Assembly (NCBI GenBank): GCA_949287225.1
Contig: CASEFP010000060.1
Coordinates: 487-64,486, forward strand
Source: an uncultured Lentisphaeria bacterium
Lineage (GTDB): Bacteria > Verrucomicrobiota > Lentisphaeria > Victivallales > UBA1829
Direction of reading: 5' to 3'
Length of the DNA: 64,000 nt
In this document: one piece after another, positions 20,185 to 30,164 of the stretch
Layout: every line of letters begins with the position of its first letter
Numbering within the stretch: position 1 is the stretch's first letter
The notes under the pieces: generated by a model
What the model saw: only the letters and a program-made list of their open reading frames with translations
Databases searched by the model: none
Told to the model about the DNA's origin: nothing
Position numbers and translations under genes: made by a program

Positions 20185-22122
20185 ATGCTGAATTTTATTG
20201 AAAATTATGCGGGTGTTTTCATCTATCCGATGCTGGCCGTTTTCCTTTCCCTGATCTTTACCTATCTGTGCATCAGGGTTCTTCCTCGTCTGGGATATGT
20301 CGATCGTCCGGGGGGAAGACATATTCACAAGAAGCCGGTTCCCCGCGGAGGAGGCATCGCTGTAATTCTCGCCTTTTTCATTACCCTGGCGCTCTATGGA
20401 TTCGGAGGCAGAAGCACCCAGGCGGTATTGCCGCTGTTCTGGCGTCTCTTCTGGCCCGCTGTCGTTTTGTGCGGACTTGGGCTGATCGACGACCGCCGGG
20501 AATTGAAATCCTGGCAGAAGCTCCTTGTCCAGTTTCTCGTAGTCCTGATCATCTGGTATACCAATGAAAACCGGGATTATTCCGTCTTCGGATGGGAGAT
20601 TTCCGGGTATCTGTCCCTGCTGTTTCAGTTCATCTGGGTGATTGTAATCATCAATGCATTCAACCTGATTGACGGACTGGACGGTCTCGCATCCGGTCTC
20701 GCCGTCGTCTCCGCCGGCTGTATGGCAATCTGGTTCATCTTTGTGGGAGGACCGACTCCGGAAGCGATCTGCATGCTGATTCTGGCAGGCGCCTGTCTTG
20801 GATTTCTCCGTTACAATTTCTATCCGGCAAGCATCTTTCTCGGCGATACCGGCAGCACGTTTCTGGGGCTGATTTTCGCGATTATCGGGTTGTCCACAAT
20901 TGACAGGGTCGTAACGGCAACCTCTCTTCTGCTTCCGATTCTTGCAATTGGAGTACCCCTGTTCGACGTCGTTCTGGCAATCTGGCGCCGCAGTACCCGG
21001 AAACTGCTGAATCCGGAAGCAGGCGGCATCATGGAAGGCGATCAGGATCATCTGCACCACCGCCTGCTCCGCCAGACGAAAAAACAGACGACAACCGCTT
21101 TCATGATGTACCTGATGGCCTGCATTTTCTCCGCCATCGCCCTTTTGTTTCTTACCGTCCGCGACTCCATGCCGGCCGTTGCATATGTAACACTGGTGAT
21201 TGCAATCATCATCATGATCCGCCAGCTGGCAATTGTTGAAATCTACGACTCGGCTCTGCTGATTCAGCGGGGACTGGCCAAACCCAGACAGGGAATTCTC
21301 GTCAATATGATCCATCCCTTTATTGATTTCTTCCTGATCAGTTTTTCTTTTCTGATCACCTTCATCATTCTGGTCGGCAGTTTTCAGAATCTGCCCTTCT
21401 TCCTTTATGCCGTCGTTCCGGTTTTTCTTGTACTCTGCTGCTCCGGCATATACCGGATCTACTGGCTGCGCGCAGGCTTGAACAACTATTGGCATCTTGC
21501 GCTGACGATTCTGATCGGCTCGCTGATCTCCTGCATTCTCCTTTATTATTACTGTTACGGGGATCTGCTTGCCTTGGAGCAGATCAGTCCGCGCCGCTTT
21601 CTCGGAGGATGCCTGCTTTTTATCCTGCAGAACCTGACTTTCATCTGTTTTGAGCGTTTTCTGGTTCATTACGGGGAAGGCTTTCTCTTCCGGAAACTCT
21701 ATCTGCAATATCAGGAGCCCTCAAAAATTCAAAGAATCATGATTTACGGCGGCGGATTGAACTGCCGCGTTTACATCAGCTATCTTTTCTGTGCAAACCG
21801 CCGTGCGTTTGCCGAATCCGTGATCGGCATCATGGACGATGATCCGGGACTCTATGGTCTGCGGGTCTACGGATTCAAGGTGTTCGGCGGTGCGGATCAG
21901 GTGGAACAGATTTATGCCGAACACCCTTTTGAAAAAATCGTGATCGCCACGGACTCGGCTTCTGACAAAAGCCTGGAGGAACTGCGGACATTCTGTGCGA
22001 AAACCAATATCCAGCTTGTCAAACTGACAATCGGAGAAACGCCTTTTGAAGAGTATATGGTCTCTCGCCCGCCGCAGACAGAACTGGATGATGACGAAAT
22101 GAACGCTCCATTGCGTTTCTGA
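20185..22122 (+). CDS. wecA: WecA/TagO-type undecaprenyl-phosphate HexNAc-1-phosphate transferase (MraY-like) fused to extra TM helices and a Rossmann-like domain
   Basis: HIHKKPVPRGGG, GLIDD, NAFNLIDGLDGLA, IFLGDTGS and HLHHRL. The C-terminal IMIYGGG...IGIMDDDP...FKVFG resembles the CoA_binding_3 module of CapD/WbaP/WcaJ. Confidence 0.85.
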   Translation: MLNFIENYAGVFIYPMLAVFLSLIFTYLCIRVLPRLGYVDRPGGRHIHKKPVPRGGGIAVILAFFITLALYGFGGRSTQAVLPLFWRLFWPAVVLCGLGLIDDRRELKSWQKLLVQFLVVLIIWYTNENRDYSVFGWEISGYLSLLFQFIWVIVIINAFNLIDGLDGLASGLAVVSAGCMAIWFIFVGGPTPEAICMLILAGACLGFLRYNFYPASIFLGDTGSTFLGLIFAIIGLSTIDRVVTATSLLLPILAIGVPLFDVVLAIWRRSTRKLLNPEAGGIMEGDQDHLHHRLLRQTKKQTTTAFMMYLMACIFSAIALLFLTVRDSMPAVAYVTLVIAIIIMIRQLAIVEIYDSALLIQRGLAKPRQGILVNMIHPFIDFFLISFSFLITFIILVGSFQNLPFFLYAVVPVFLVLCCSGIYRIYWLRAGLNNYWHLALTILIGSLISCILLYYYCYGDLLALEQISPRRFLGGCLLFILQNLTFICFERFLVHYGEGFLFRKLYLQYQEPSKIQRIMIYGGGLNCRVYISYLFCANRRAFAESVIGIMDDDPGLYGLRVYGFKVFGGADQVEQIYAEHPFEKIVIATDSASDKSLEELRTFCAKTNIQLVKLTIGETPFEEYMVSRPPQTELDDDEMNAPLRF

Positions 22123-22162
22123 CGCTCCCGTTCCGGATCTCTCCTGACTATTTTCCGGCGTA

Positions 22163-23005
22163 TTACTGCAATTCCCGGAATCTCCTCCTGTAAGAACGGG
22201 GGGAGCAACCGTTCTTCTCCTTGAACCAGTTTGAAAAATAGAACTCATCATTGAACCCCAGCATTTCAGCGAGAATTTTTACGGGATAGTCGGAATTCTC
22301 CAGATACTGCCGGGCAAGAAAGGAACGCTGTTCCTGAAGGTAGGCATACGGGGTGCAGTTCCAGTCCCGCCGGAAAATGCGCAGCGTCTGCGCCTCGGAT
22401 TTGTGAATTTCTCCGGCAAGCTCGCACAGAGAAACTTTTTTCCGCCAGTTCGTGTCGAGATATTCTTTCAGATGAACTCCTTCCGGAGATTTCCGGTTTT
22501 CCGGATGTTCTTTCCGCCAGAGATCAATCCCGGCAATAATGCGGTGAATCAGAAGAGCGAATTCTCCGGATGCAGCCTGAGGCCGTTTCCGGAGGAGCTC
22601 AGCAGCCTCGAAAAATTCCTTTTCAAGACGGCAGTCATGAAAATAGACAATCCCACGCAGACGGTAGGCATCACAGAGAGCGCCTATCAGCGGCCCGCTC
22701 AGATTGAACCAGATTTTTTCCCACGGATCAGCGGCATCGGAATGATATGCGTGAGAAAGAGGAGGCTGAAGCAAATAAACATCCCCTCCGGACGGCCTGT
22801 AGTATTTATCCCCCCAGTAAAGATGTCCCTTTCCGCGTATGACATATTCCAGAACGTAGAGGTCCGTCGGCGAATGACGGACAATCCGGTAAGCGGGATC
22901 GGGATGGGTGATACCGGCAAGCTGAAGCTGAAGCGGGGCATCCTTCCTGGGCATCGGCATGGGGAAAAAAGTCTCTTTATAGGCAGACATGATGATAATC
23001 CTCAT
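22163..23005 (-). CDS. AraC-family transcriptional regulator
   Basis: Cupin sensor LEYVIRGKG and C-terminal LGFNDEFYFSNWFKEKNGCSPRSYR. The real start may be 22990. Confidence 0.95.
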   Translation of the reverse strand: MRIIIMSAYKETFFPMPMPRKDAPLQLQLAGITHPDPAYRIVRHSPTDLYVLEYVIRGKGHLYWGDKYYRPSGGDVYLLQPPLSHAYHSDAADPWEKIWFNLSGPLIGALCDAYRLRGIVYFHDCRLEKEFFEAAELLRKRPQAASGEFALLIHRIIAGIDLWRKEHPENRKSPEGVHLKEYLDTNWRKKVSLCELAGEIHKSEAQTLRIFRRDWNCTPYAYLQEQRSFLARQYLENSDYPVKILAEMLGFNDEFYFSNWFKEKNGCSPRSYRRRFRELQ

Positions 23006-23053
23006 GTTTCTATCATTATTTCCATTGATATTTTTTATTTTTCATATTATAAT
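22992..23053 (+). promoter_or_regulatory. Sigma70 promoter of the GH2 gene with putative tandem AraC half-sites abutting -35
   Basis: TTGATA (23025-23030)-N17-TATAAT (23048-23053). Imperfect direct repeat ATGATAATCCTCAT (22992) / ATCATTATTTCCAT (23012), period 20. Confidence 0.65.
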
Positions 23054-23080
23054 TTATAAGAAAAGAGGAGAAATGCAATC

Positions 23081-24871
23081 ATGAATGAGGAGGTTTTCAA
23101 CATGACAATTCCCAGACAGGAATATCCCAGGCCGCAGTTTGAAAGAAAAGAGTGGATGAATCTCAACGGAAAATGGACCTGCGCGATTGATTTCTCCCGC
23201 AGCGGCACGGAAAAAGGATGGGCACAGACCGCCGGATTCGAACAAACCATCACCGTGCCGTTCTGTCCGGAAAGCCGGCTTTCGGGCATCGGGTTCACCG
23301 ATTTCATCGAAGTCATCTGGTATCACCGGAAAATAGACATTCCGACGGAGTGGTCAGGCCGCAGAATTCTGCTGCACTTCGGCGGCGTGGACTATCGGTG
23401 CATCATCTACCTCGACGGGAAAGAGGCCGGGCGTCATACCGGCGGCGTATCCCCCTTTACCATCGACCTCACAGAGTGCGCAAAAGCGGGGAAAACACAT
23501 GACCTGGTTGTCAAAGCGGAGGATTTCATGCGGGACGGACTTCAGCCGTTCGGCAAACAGTCGCCCACATTCCAATCCCGCGCGTGCAATTATACCCGGA
23601 CAACCGGAATCTGGCAGACGGTCTGGATGGAAGCCGTTTCTCCCTATGCGCTGAAATCCTGCCGGATTATCCCGGATTTTGACAACAGCGCATTCTCCTT
23701 TTTCCCGGTTTTTCATGCGGAGAAGCGCAATCTCCGCTTCACTGTGAATCTGCTTGAGGCGGGGCAGATCGTCGCTTCGGAAACGGTCCGCGCAGCTGCC
23801 GGAAACGGGATAACGCTCAAATTGAAAAATCCGAAAGCATGGGAACCGGGCAATCCGTTCCTCTACGATGTCCGATATCTTCTGGAGGACGAATCCGGAA
23901 ATGTGCTCGACCGGGTGCAATCCTACGCGGGATTGCGGAAAATTCATATCGAAGACGGGAGATGTTATCTGAACAACCGTCCGATCTTTCTGCGGTTTGT
24001 GCTCGACCAGGGATTTTACGAGGACGGGATCTGGACCGCCCCTGATGACGCGGCGCTCCGGCGCGACATTGAACTCTCCATGAAAGCCGGATTCAACGGC
24101 GCGCGCCTCCATCAGAAGATTTTCGACGAGCGTTTTCACTACTGGGCCGACCGTCTCGGCTATCTCACCTGGGCGGAGTATCCGAGCTGGGGCATCTCCT
24201 TCTGGCAGCATTTTTCAAAGACAAACCCGAACTACAATCTCACTTTCCGGAACTATCTGACCGAATGGGCCGCGCTGCTGGAACGGGATGTCAATCATCC
24301 GTCGATCATCGCCTGGAGTCCGCTCAACGAGACATGCGGCTTCCATGATCTGGACGAACATCGCCGTTTTGTATCGGACGTATACGATCTCACACACATG
24401 CTGGATTCCACGCGTCCGGTGAACGACTCATCCGGATACGTCCATGCGAAAACCGATCTCTGGACTGTGCACACCTATCAGCAGGATCCCGCCGAACTCC
24501 GCGAAATTCTGGACAGGCAACCGGTGTACATGCATTTCCCGGAGGAGGAAGCACAGGCATGGCATGGAGAACCCATTCTCGCGGATGAATACGGCGGGGT
24601 CAAATTCATCCCCGAGGGGCGCAAACCCTATGCCGAAAATTCCTGGGGATACGGAAAGGCGGCTCTTTCGCGCGAAGAGGCGGAAACGCGGATTGCCGCG
24701 CTGACCGAATGCCTGGTCCGTCATCCGCGGATCGCCGGATACTGCTATACGCAGCTGACCGACATCGAGCAGGAACAGAATGGAATCTACAACTACGACC
24801 GCACCCCGAAATTCAATGAAAAGAGTGTTTTCGACATCTTTTCCATGAAACCGGAATGGAGCGAATACTGA
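23081..24871 (+). CDS. Glycoside hydrolase family 2 (beta-galactosidase/beta-glucuronidase-like), cytoplasmic
   Basis: EYPRPQF, LNGKW, LHFGGVDY, GIWQTVW, LDQGF, NHPSIIAWSPLNE (acid/base), DEYGG (nucleophile) and YTQLTDIEQEQNG. Alternative start 23102. Confidence 0.95.
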   Translation: MNEEVFNMTIPRQEYPRPQFERKEWMNLNGKWTCAIDFSRSGTEKGWAQTAGFEQTITVPFCPESRLSGIGFTDFIEVIWYHRKIDIPTEWSGRRILLHFGGVDYRCIIYLDGKEAGRHTGGVSPFTIDLTECAKAGKTHDLVVKAEDFMRDGLQPFGKQSPTFQSRACNYTRTTGIWQTVWMEAVSPYALKSCRIIPDFDNSAFSFFPVFHAEKRNLRFTVNLLEAGQIVASETVRAAAGNGITLKLKNPKAWEPGNPFLYDVRYLLEDESGNVLDRVQSYAGLRKIHIEDGRCYLNNRPIFLRFVLDQGFYEDGIWTAPDDAALRRDIELSMKAGFNGARLHQKIFDERFHYWADRLGYLTWAEYPSWGISFWQHFSKTNPNYNLTFRNYLTEWAALLERDVNHPSIIAWSPLNETCGFHDLDEHRRFVSDVYDLTHMLDSTRPVNDSSGYVHAKTDLWTVHTYQQDPAELREILDRQPVYMHFPEEEAQAWHGEPILADEYGGVKFIPEGRKPYAENSWGYGKAALSREEAETRIAALTECLVRHPRIAGYCYTQLTDIEQEQNGIYNYDRTPKFNEKSVFDIFSMKPEWSEY

Positions 24872-24891
24872 AAGAGATATTTTTCCCCGTC

Positions 24892-24911
24892 CCCCCCCGT
24901 GCACGGGGGGG
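24892..24911. terminator. Perfect 20-bp GC palindrome between convergent genes (probable terminator hairpin)
   Basis: CCCCCCCGTGCACGGGGGGG lies between the GH2 stop (24871) and the Mpv17-like stop (24917). It has no clear U tract. Confidence 0.5.
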
Positions 24912-24916
24912 AGTTC

Positions 24917-25625
24917 TCATGCCTGCGGCTTCACAGGCGCTTTCGGACGGAAGGTGAGAATGAACCCGAGCGCCAGACTCAGAACCGCGCTCATCAGAAC
25001 CCGGTAGTCCGGCGGCAGACAGAAGGTCACCGTGTGCGCCGGGATCCAGAAATAAACGATTGTTTTCGGGATGAACGATCCCCAGATGTGCTTGTCAACC
25101 GATGCGAGAAACTCCTCGCCGCCGACAAAAACGCTTTTTGTTGATGACATCGTTGCACCATTCGTGTCCGAGCATCATGGGATAGGCGAAAATCATATTC
25201 TGCCAGAAGGAAGTGGAAATCGCGAAAATCAAAGTCGCACTCCAGGTGCTCCGATCGACGCTTCCGACCGGCCAGACCGGAGATCCCATCAGCGCCCCGA
25301 CGCCGGCGGCAAACATCGCAAACACGTAGGAGAAAACCACTCCGGTAATTCCCCAGACAACGAAGCGTGCAAACAGGCGCGGCACTTTCCAGGATCCCGT
25401 CCGGCGCCGGACCTTGAGCATTTCTCCGAAAGTGGCCAGCAGTCCGACCTTGAAAAAGCCCATGAGATACGGATGGGCCGCTGTCACGCGTCCGAAATTG
25501 GAAAAGCCGTCGGAGAGAGAACCCATGACAAAATGTCCATCTGCGGAGACGTTCAGCGGAAAGAAGAAAACGGCACAGGCATACAGAACCAGGAATCCGA
25601 TGGCGGCGAAATCTGAAATCTTCAT
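24917..25625 (-). pseudogene. Mpv17/PMP22-family membrane protein split by a 1-nt frameshift
   Basis: The N part (HPYLMGFFKVGLLATFGEML...NMIFAYPMM) is in ORF 25095-25712 and the C part (FWIPAHTVTFCLPPDYRVL) is in ORF 24917-25150. Removing one T from the T5 run at 25127-25131 gives KKRFVGGEEF in a single frame. Confidence 0.75.
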
Positions 25626-25824
25626 TTTCAAGACTCTCTTTTTTGGGTTACAATCTGAAATGCAGATTATTAACATAACGCAAAAAAGCGCGAAGACAAC
25701 AACGTTTTTCATTTTTTTTCAAAACTTCAACAGATACGATGTTGCAATCGGAGGCCGCATCTGTTATATTTACCGGAGAAGCTATAAAAAAGTAAAATCA
25801 AGAATCCATCATTCCGGAGGAATC

Positions 25825-26406
25825 ATGAAAACAATCGGAAAAATTGCGCTTCTGACCGTCACCCTTTTTGCTTTCGGCGCCGTTCAGGCACAGGATGATG
25901 TCGGGCAGAAAAACAGCACCTGCAGAATCATTGCGGATAAAGCCATCATGTACATTCCGAACCGGATTGTCGAACTGTTTGACATCTTCTCTCTGGAACT
26001 CGGTTCCGGTGCAACCGCGAAACTCGGTCTCCGGATAACCCATGCAGCCGGAATCGGTGCGGGAATCGGACCGACAGGAAAAATCGTGAAAGGATTCAAC
26101 CGCACCTACGGTTTTGCTCTGGACGACGGCTGGCAGGCCTATTTCCTGGCAATCGGAAAGGGTGATCTCACTCGCGAATACACGATCGGCAATGTCCCGG
26201 ACTTCTGGTATGTCTATGATGGAATGCAGCTTCCCGGAGAGCCCATTTTCGCGGATAAAATCAAAGATTACTGGGCGATGGAAGTGGAAGCCGCCCTTCT
26301 GGCAGATGTCAAGTTCGCTCTTCATCCGCTGAACATTGCGGATTTCATCACCGGCATTTTCTGTTACGACCTGCTCGGAAACGATTACAAACTGCTTGTG
26401 GACTGA
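25825..26406 (+). CDS. Secreted or outer-membrane hypothetical protein
   Basis: GGAGG RBS and signal peptide MKTIGKIALLTVTLFAFGAVQA, followed by glycine-rich beta segments. Confidence 0.8.
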   Translation: MKTIGKIALLTVTLFAFGAVQAQDDVGQKNSTCRIIADKAIMYIPNRIVELFDIFSLELGSGATAKLGLRITHAAGIGAGIGPTGKIVKGFNRTYGFALDDGWQAYFLAIGKGDLTREYTIGNVPDFWYVYDGMQLPGEPIFADKIKDYWAMEVEAALLADVKFALHPLNIADFITGIFCYDLLGNDYKLLVD

Positions 26407-26469
26407 TTCGGAACGCAGATGCCGGACACATTTCCGGCATACCTCTGCGGCAGGATCTCCTGGCAACGG

Positions 26470-26501
26470 AACTCCCCGGACTCCCGGGGAGTTTTCTTTT
26501 T
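26470..26501 (+). terminator. Intrinsic terminator
   Basis: AACTCCCCGG-ACTC-CCGGGGAGTT followed by TTCTTTTT. Confidence 0.8.
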
Positions 26502-26590
26502 CCGGTATGACGCAGTCATTTTCACTCAGACGGATGGCCGGCAATATATGGAACACCATCCATACCGGAGGATCGGAGTCATGCGGGATT

Positions 26591-27766
26591 TTATTTTTCC
26601 GCGTTCATAAAGTCGCGCCGGACGCTTTCCCGGAAGGAAGCGTCCTTGAAATAGCACAGACAGACGCGCGCCATGACCGAACCGGTCCGCAGCGCCGCAT
26701 CAAACGCCGCATCCGTCTTTGCAGACTCCCGGAACTCCACCGTGTGCAGGGGGGTTGAAACGCCTTGCGTGATTCCAAAATAATAGTGTGCGCAGGGAAT
26801 GACGTAGGAGACATCTCCGGTATCGGTCGATCCCCTCCCCTCGGTTCCGTTTGTTTCGGAGAGTTCCACGCCGAGATCGCGCCAGGCGCGGATGTATTCG
26901 TCGTTCAGGGATTTGTTGAACACCATCCCCTTGTAGGCGGAAACCCAGTTCACCGTATTGCGGCAGCGTGTTTTTTCCGCGGCTTCGGCGGCGATGGATT
27001 CGAGTTTCCGCTTCATTCCCGCGATCTCCGTCTCATTCCCGGCACGGACGTAGAAGAACGCCTGTGTATGATCCGGGATGATGTTTGCCGCGTCGCCGCC
27101 TTTCGTAAAGATTCCGTGCACGCGCTGACGTTCGGTAATCGACTTTTTCCATTCGAGAATCCCGTCGTAAAATGCGGTCAGGGCGTCAAGCGCGTTGATC
27201 CCCTCCTCCGGCGCAAACGCCGCATGGGAGGCGCGCCCGTAAAAATCAATGTAGGCGCGCGCCACGCTCAGGCAGCCGAAATCGGGCGAGGTGTGGTCGA
27301 GGGGATGCGCAATCACGCCAGCGGAGATGTCACGGAACGCGCCGCCTTCGACCAGTTTCACCTTTCCGCCGAGCCCCTCCTCCGCGGGCGTTCCGATGCA
27401 GCAGATCCGCGCGGGAAGATTCTCCTGTTCGATGATCCGTTTGGCGACATAAGCCCCGAAAAGCGCGGCGGAGGCGATCAGATTATGTCCGCAGCCATGG
27501 CCGAGTCCGGCGAGCGCGTCATATTCCGCCATGAAGCAGAAAACCGGAACGGAGGCATCCGCGACCGTTCCCGCATACGCCTTGAACGCGGTTTCCAGTC
27601 CGCAGGTGTTTTCCTCAACGCGGAAGCCCCAGCTTTTGAGCAGATTTCTGAGTTTCTCCGCCGCAAGGAACTCCTTGTAGCCGGTCTCCGGGTGGTCGTG
27701 AATGAAATCGGATACTTTCCGGATTTCCGGCACGGCTTCGGCGGCAATGGCGAGAAACTTTTCCAT
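26591..27766 (-). CDS. M20D-family amidohydrolase (ACY1L2/AbgB-like)
   Basis: HPETGYKE, EYDALAGLGHGCGHN, GTPAEE, GSTDTGDVS and LHT. Confidence 0.92.
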   Translation of the reverse strand: MEKFLAIAAEAVPEIRKVSDFIHDHPETGYKEFLAAEKLRNLLKSWGFRVEENTCGLETAFKAYAGTVADASVPVFCFMAEYDALAGLGHGCGHNLIASAALFGAYVAKRIIEQENLPARICCIGTPAEEGLGGKVKLVEGGAFRDISAGVIAHPLDHTSPDFGCLSVARAYIDFYGRASHAAFAPEEGINALDALTAFYDGILEWKKSITERQRVHGIFTKGGDAANIIPDHTQAFFYVRAGNETEIAGMKRKLESIAAEAAEKTRCRNTVNWVSAYKGMVFNKSLNDEYIRAWRDLGVELSETNGTEGRGSTDTGDVSYVIPCAHYYFGITQGVSTPLHTVEFRESAKTDAAFDAALRTGSVMARVCLCYFKDASFRESVRRDFMNAEK

Positions 27767-27781
27767 GATCTCCTCCTGATT

Positions 27782-28438
27782 TCAGACATGCTTCCCCGCT
27801 TCCGGAAGCAGAAGTTCCGTCAGTCCGGAAAAGGAGTGAATGATTCTGTCATAAGCGGCGTCGCCCAATGTGCCGAAACCGTAGGAAGCGAAAACGCTTT
27901 TCATTCCGGCGTTTTTCGCGGCATCCAGATCGGTGTGATTGTCGCCGCAGACCCATGACTGTGCGGGATCCGAATCCGTTGTGCGCAGAATATAATTCAG
28001 CGCGTCCGGCGCAGGCTTCAGCGGAAAGCCCGAACTTCCGCCGACGATTTCGGCAAAAAGCGGTTCGAGTCTGAAATGGCGGAAGATGATCCGGCAGAGT
28101 TCCGTCGGTTTGTTGCTCACAAGCGCAAGTTTCCATCCGTGCTCGTACAGTTCCTCAAGGCCCTGGGCGACACCGGGATAGAGCGTCGTTTTCACGACCG
28201 CGTTTTCAGCATAATGCCTGTTCATCGTGCGGATTGCCTCCTCCATGTCCACCCCGGTGCCGGCAAACGCGCGGGAAATCAGCTTCCGGACTCCGTCGCC
28301 GACATAGGATACCACGGTTTCCAGAGAGTGTTCCGGCAGATGAAAGTCGCGCCGCGTCATGTTCACGGCATTCGCGATGTCCGCACGGGAGTCGATCAGC
28401 GTCCCGTCGAGATCGAAGATCACACAGCGGTTCATCAT
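27782..28438 (-). CDS. gph: HAD-IA hydrolase, phosphoglycolate phosphatase-like
   Basis: FDLDGTLIDS, SNK, KPAP and GDNHTD. Confidence 0.85.
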   Translation of the reverse strand: MMNRCVIFDLDGTLIDSRADIANAVNMTRRDFHLPEHSLETVVSYVGDGVRKLISRAFAGTGVDMEEAIRTMNRHYAENAVVKTTLYPGVAQGLEELYEHGWKLALVSNKPTELCRIIFRHFRLEPLFAEIVGGSSGFPLKPAPDALNYILRTTDSDPAQSWVCGDNHTDLDAAKNAGMKSVFASYGFGTLGDAAYDRIIHSFSGLTELLLPEAGKHV

Positions 28439-29526
28439 GCGTTTCTCCTTCGGAAGGGCACCTCGGTAATATGCGGCAGACGCGCAAAGGTGTCGAGCGC
28501 TAGATCACTGAATTTTCCCGCCGTGTAATAATGATAGGCAAGTCCCGCGACCATTGCGGCGTTGTCCGTGCAGAACTTCTTCGGCGCGACCAGCGGAATC
28601 ACGCCGCGCGGCATCTTCGACTCAAAGCGCGTGCGCAATGCACTATTGCAGGCGACTCCGCCGCTCAGAATCGCCGCGCGGCAGCGGAAGTGCCGCACCG
28701 CGTCGAACACCTTGGTGCAGAGGACATCCACGACGGCCTCCTGATAAGAGGCGAGCGTATCAGCGAGCACCTGTCCCTCCAGATGTTCGGCATTCCCGTC
28801 CGGAGCGAGACTGCGCGCGTGATAGAGCAGCGCGGTCTTGAGTCCGCTGAAGCTGAAATTGAAGCGGTTTTCCGGTGCAAGCACCTTGCCTGCGGCTCCG
28901 GTCAGCGAGCGGGGAAAATGATATTTGTGCGGATCTCCATTGGCGGAGAGTTTTTCGATCACCGGCCCGCCGGGATAGCCGAGGTTCAGCATTTTCGCCC
29001 CTTTGTCGAGACACTCTCCGGCGGCGTCGTCGATCGTGCTGCCGACGACGCGCGCGCGACCGTCTTCGGAGATGATGACGATTGCGGTGTGTCCGCCGGA
29101 AACCACCAGCGCAGCCATGGGATAAAGCGCCGGATCGTCGAACTCATACTGCTCCGAATCAATGAACACGCCATACAAATGAGCGAGGAAGTGGTTGATT
29201 CCGATCAGCGGCTTGTTCCGCGCGACGGCAAGCCCCTTGGCGAAATTGAGCCCGACGAGCAGTGCGGGCACCAGTCCCGGCGCATGCGTCACGGCGATCG
29301 CGTCGATCTCGTCGAAGGAGACTTCCGCCGCCGCCATCGCCTCCGCACAGACTTTTTCAATCGCGGTCAGATGTTCGCGCGCGGCAAGTTCCGGCACGAC
29401 GCCGCCGTACACGGCGTGCTTCGCCATCTGCGACGAGATCGCATTGGACATTACTTTTTTTCCGTTTTCGACGACGGCAAGCGCGGTTTCATCGCAGCTG
29501 CTTTCGATTCCCAGTATCAGAGCCAT
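28435..29526 (-). CDS. tsaD: tRNA N6-threonylcarbamoyltransferase
   Basis: LGIESSCDET, GGVVPELAAREH, HFLAH, VSGGHT, DDAAGE, FSFSGLKT and TDNAAM. Confidence 0.97.
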   Translation of the reverse strand: MALILGIESSCDETALAVVENGKKVMSNAISSQMAKHAVYGGVVPELAAREHLTAIEKVCAEAMAAAEVSFDEIDAIAVTHAPGLVPALLVGLNFAKGLAVARNKPLIGINHFLAHLYGVFIDSEQYEFDDPALYPMAALVVSGGHTAIVIISEDGRARVVGSTIDDAAGECLDKGAKMLNLGYPGGPVIEKLSANGDPHKYHFPRSLTGAAGKVLAPENRFNFSFSGLKTALLYHARSLAPDGNAEHLEGQVLADTLASYQEAVVDVLCTKVFDAVRHFRCRAAILSGGVACNSALRTRFESKMPRGVIPLVAPKKFCTDNAAMVAGLAYHYYTAGKFSDLALDTFARLPHITEVPFRRRNA

Positions 29527-29633
29527 TGCAAAATCCTGAATTTCCTGTTCCGACGTTGTTCCGAAGCGTTTAATTTAACACATCATGCCTTTTTTTCAAT
29601 CGCCGGAACAAAAAACGCCGGTCACGAGACGGA

Positions 29634-30146
29634 TCAGTCGACTCTTGCGGCGCGGATGATCGTCACCGTATCGACGGGAACATCGTCATGGCCCGCTTTG
29701 GAGGAGGTCGAAAGCTTCTCAATTTTGTCCACCACGTCCATGCCGTCGACAACCTGTCCGAAGACACAGTAGCCGAAGCCGCGCGAAGAGTTGTCCTGAT
29801 GGTCCAGAAAATCATTGTCAACCGTGTTGATGAAGAACTGGCAGGTTGCGCTGTCGATCACGCCGGTGCGCGCCATGGCGATTGTGCCGCGCTTGTTGGA
29901 ACCGCCGTTCGCTGCCTCGTTCCGGATCGGCGGAAGCGTCGGCTTCGGGGACATGTCGGCCGTCAGTCCGCCGCCCTGGATCATGAAGCCGGGGATGACC
30001 CGGTGAAAAATCGTGTTGACATAATGCCCTGACTTCACGTAGGCGAGGAAGTTTTCCACCGTCACGGGCGTATCCTTCGCAAAGAGTTCCAGCATGATGG
30101 TTCCGAGGGTGGTTTCAATCTCGACTCTGGGGGCGTTCTCACTCAT
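29634..30146 (-). CDS. ppiB: Cyclophilin-type peptidyl-prolyl cis-trans isomerase (PpiA/PpiB)
   Basis: FHRVIPGFMIQGGG, GTIAMART, QFFIN and VFGQVVDGMDVVDKI; no signal peptide. Confidence 0.92.
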   Translation of the reverse strand: MSENAPRVEIETTLGTIMLELFAKDTPVTVENFLAYVKSGHYVNTIFHRVIPGFMIQGGGLTADMSPKPTLPPIRNEAANGGSNKRGTIAMARTGVIDSATCQFFINTVDNDFLDHQDNSSRGFGYCVFGQVVDGMDVVDKIEKLSTSSKAGHDDVPVDTVTIIRAARVD

Positions 30147-30164
30147 GTTTCCATTCCTTGTGTT

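Noticed and set aside
25414-25824. N-terminal extension of ORF 25414-26406
   Set aside because: It overlaps the opposite-strand Mpv17-like gene. The RBS and signal peptide place the start at 25825.
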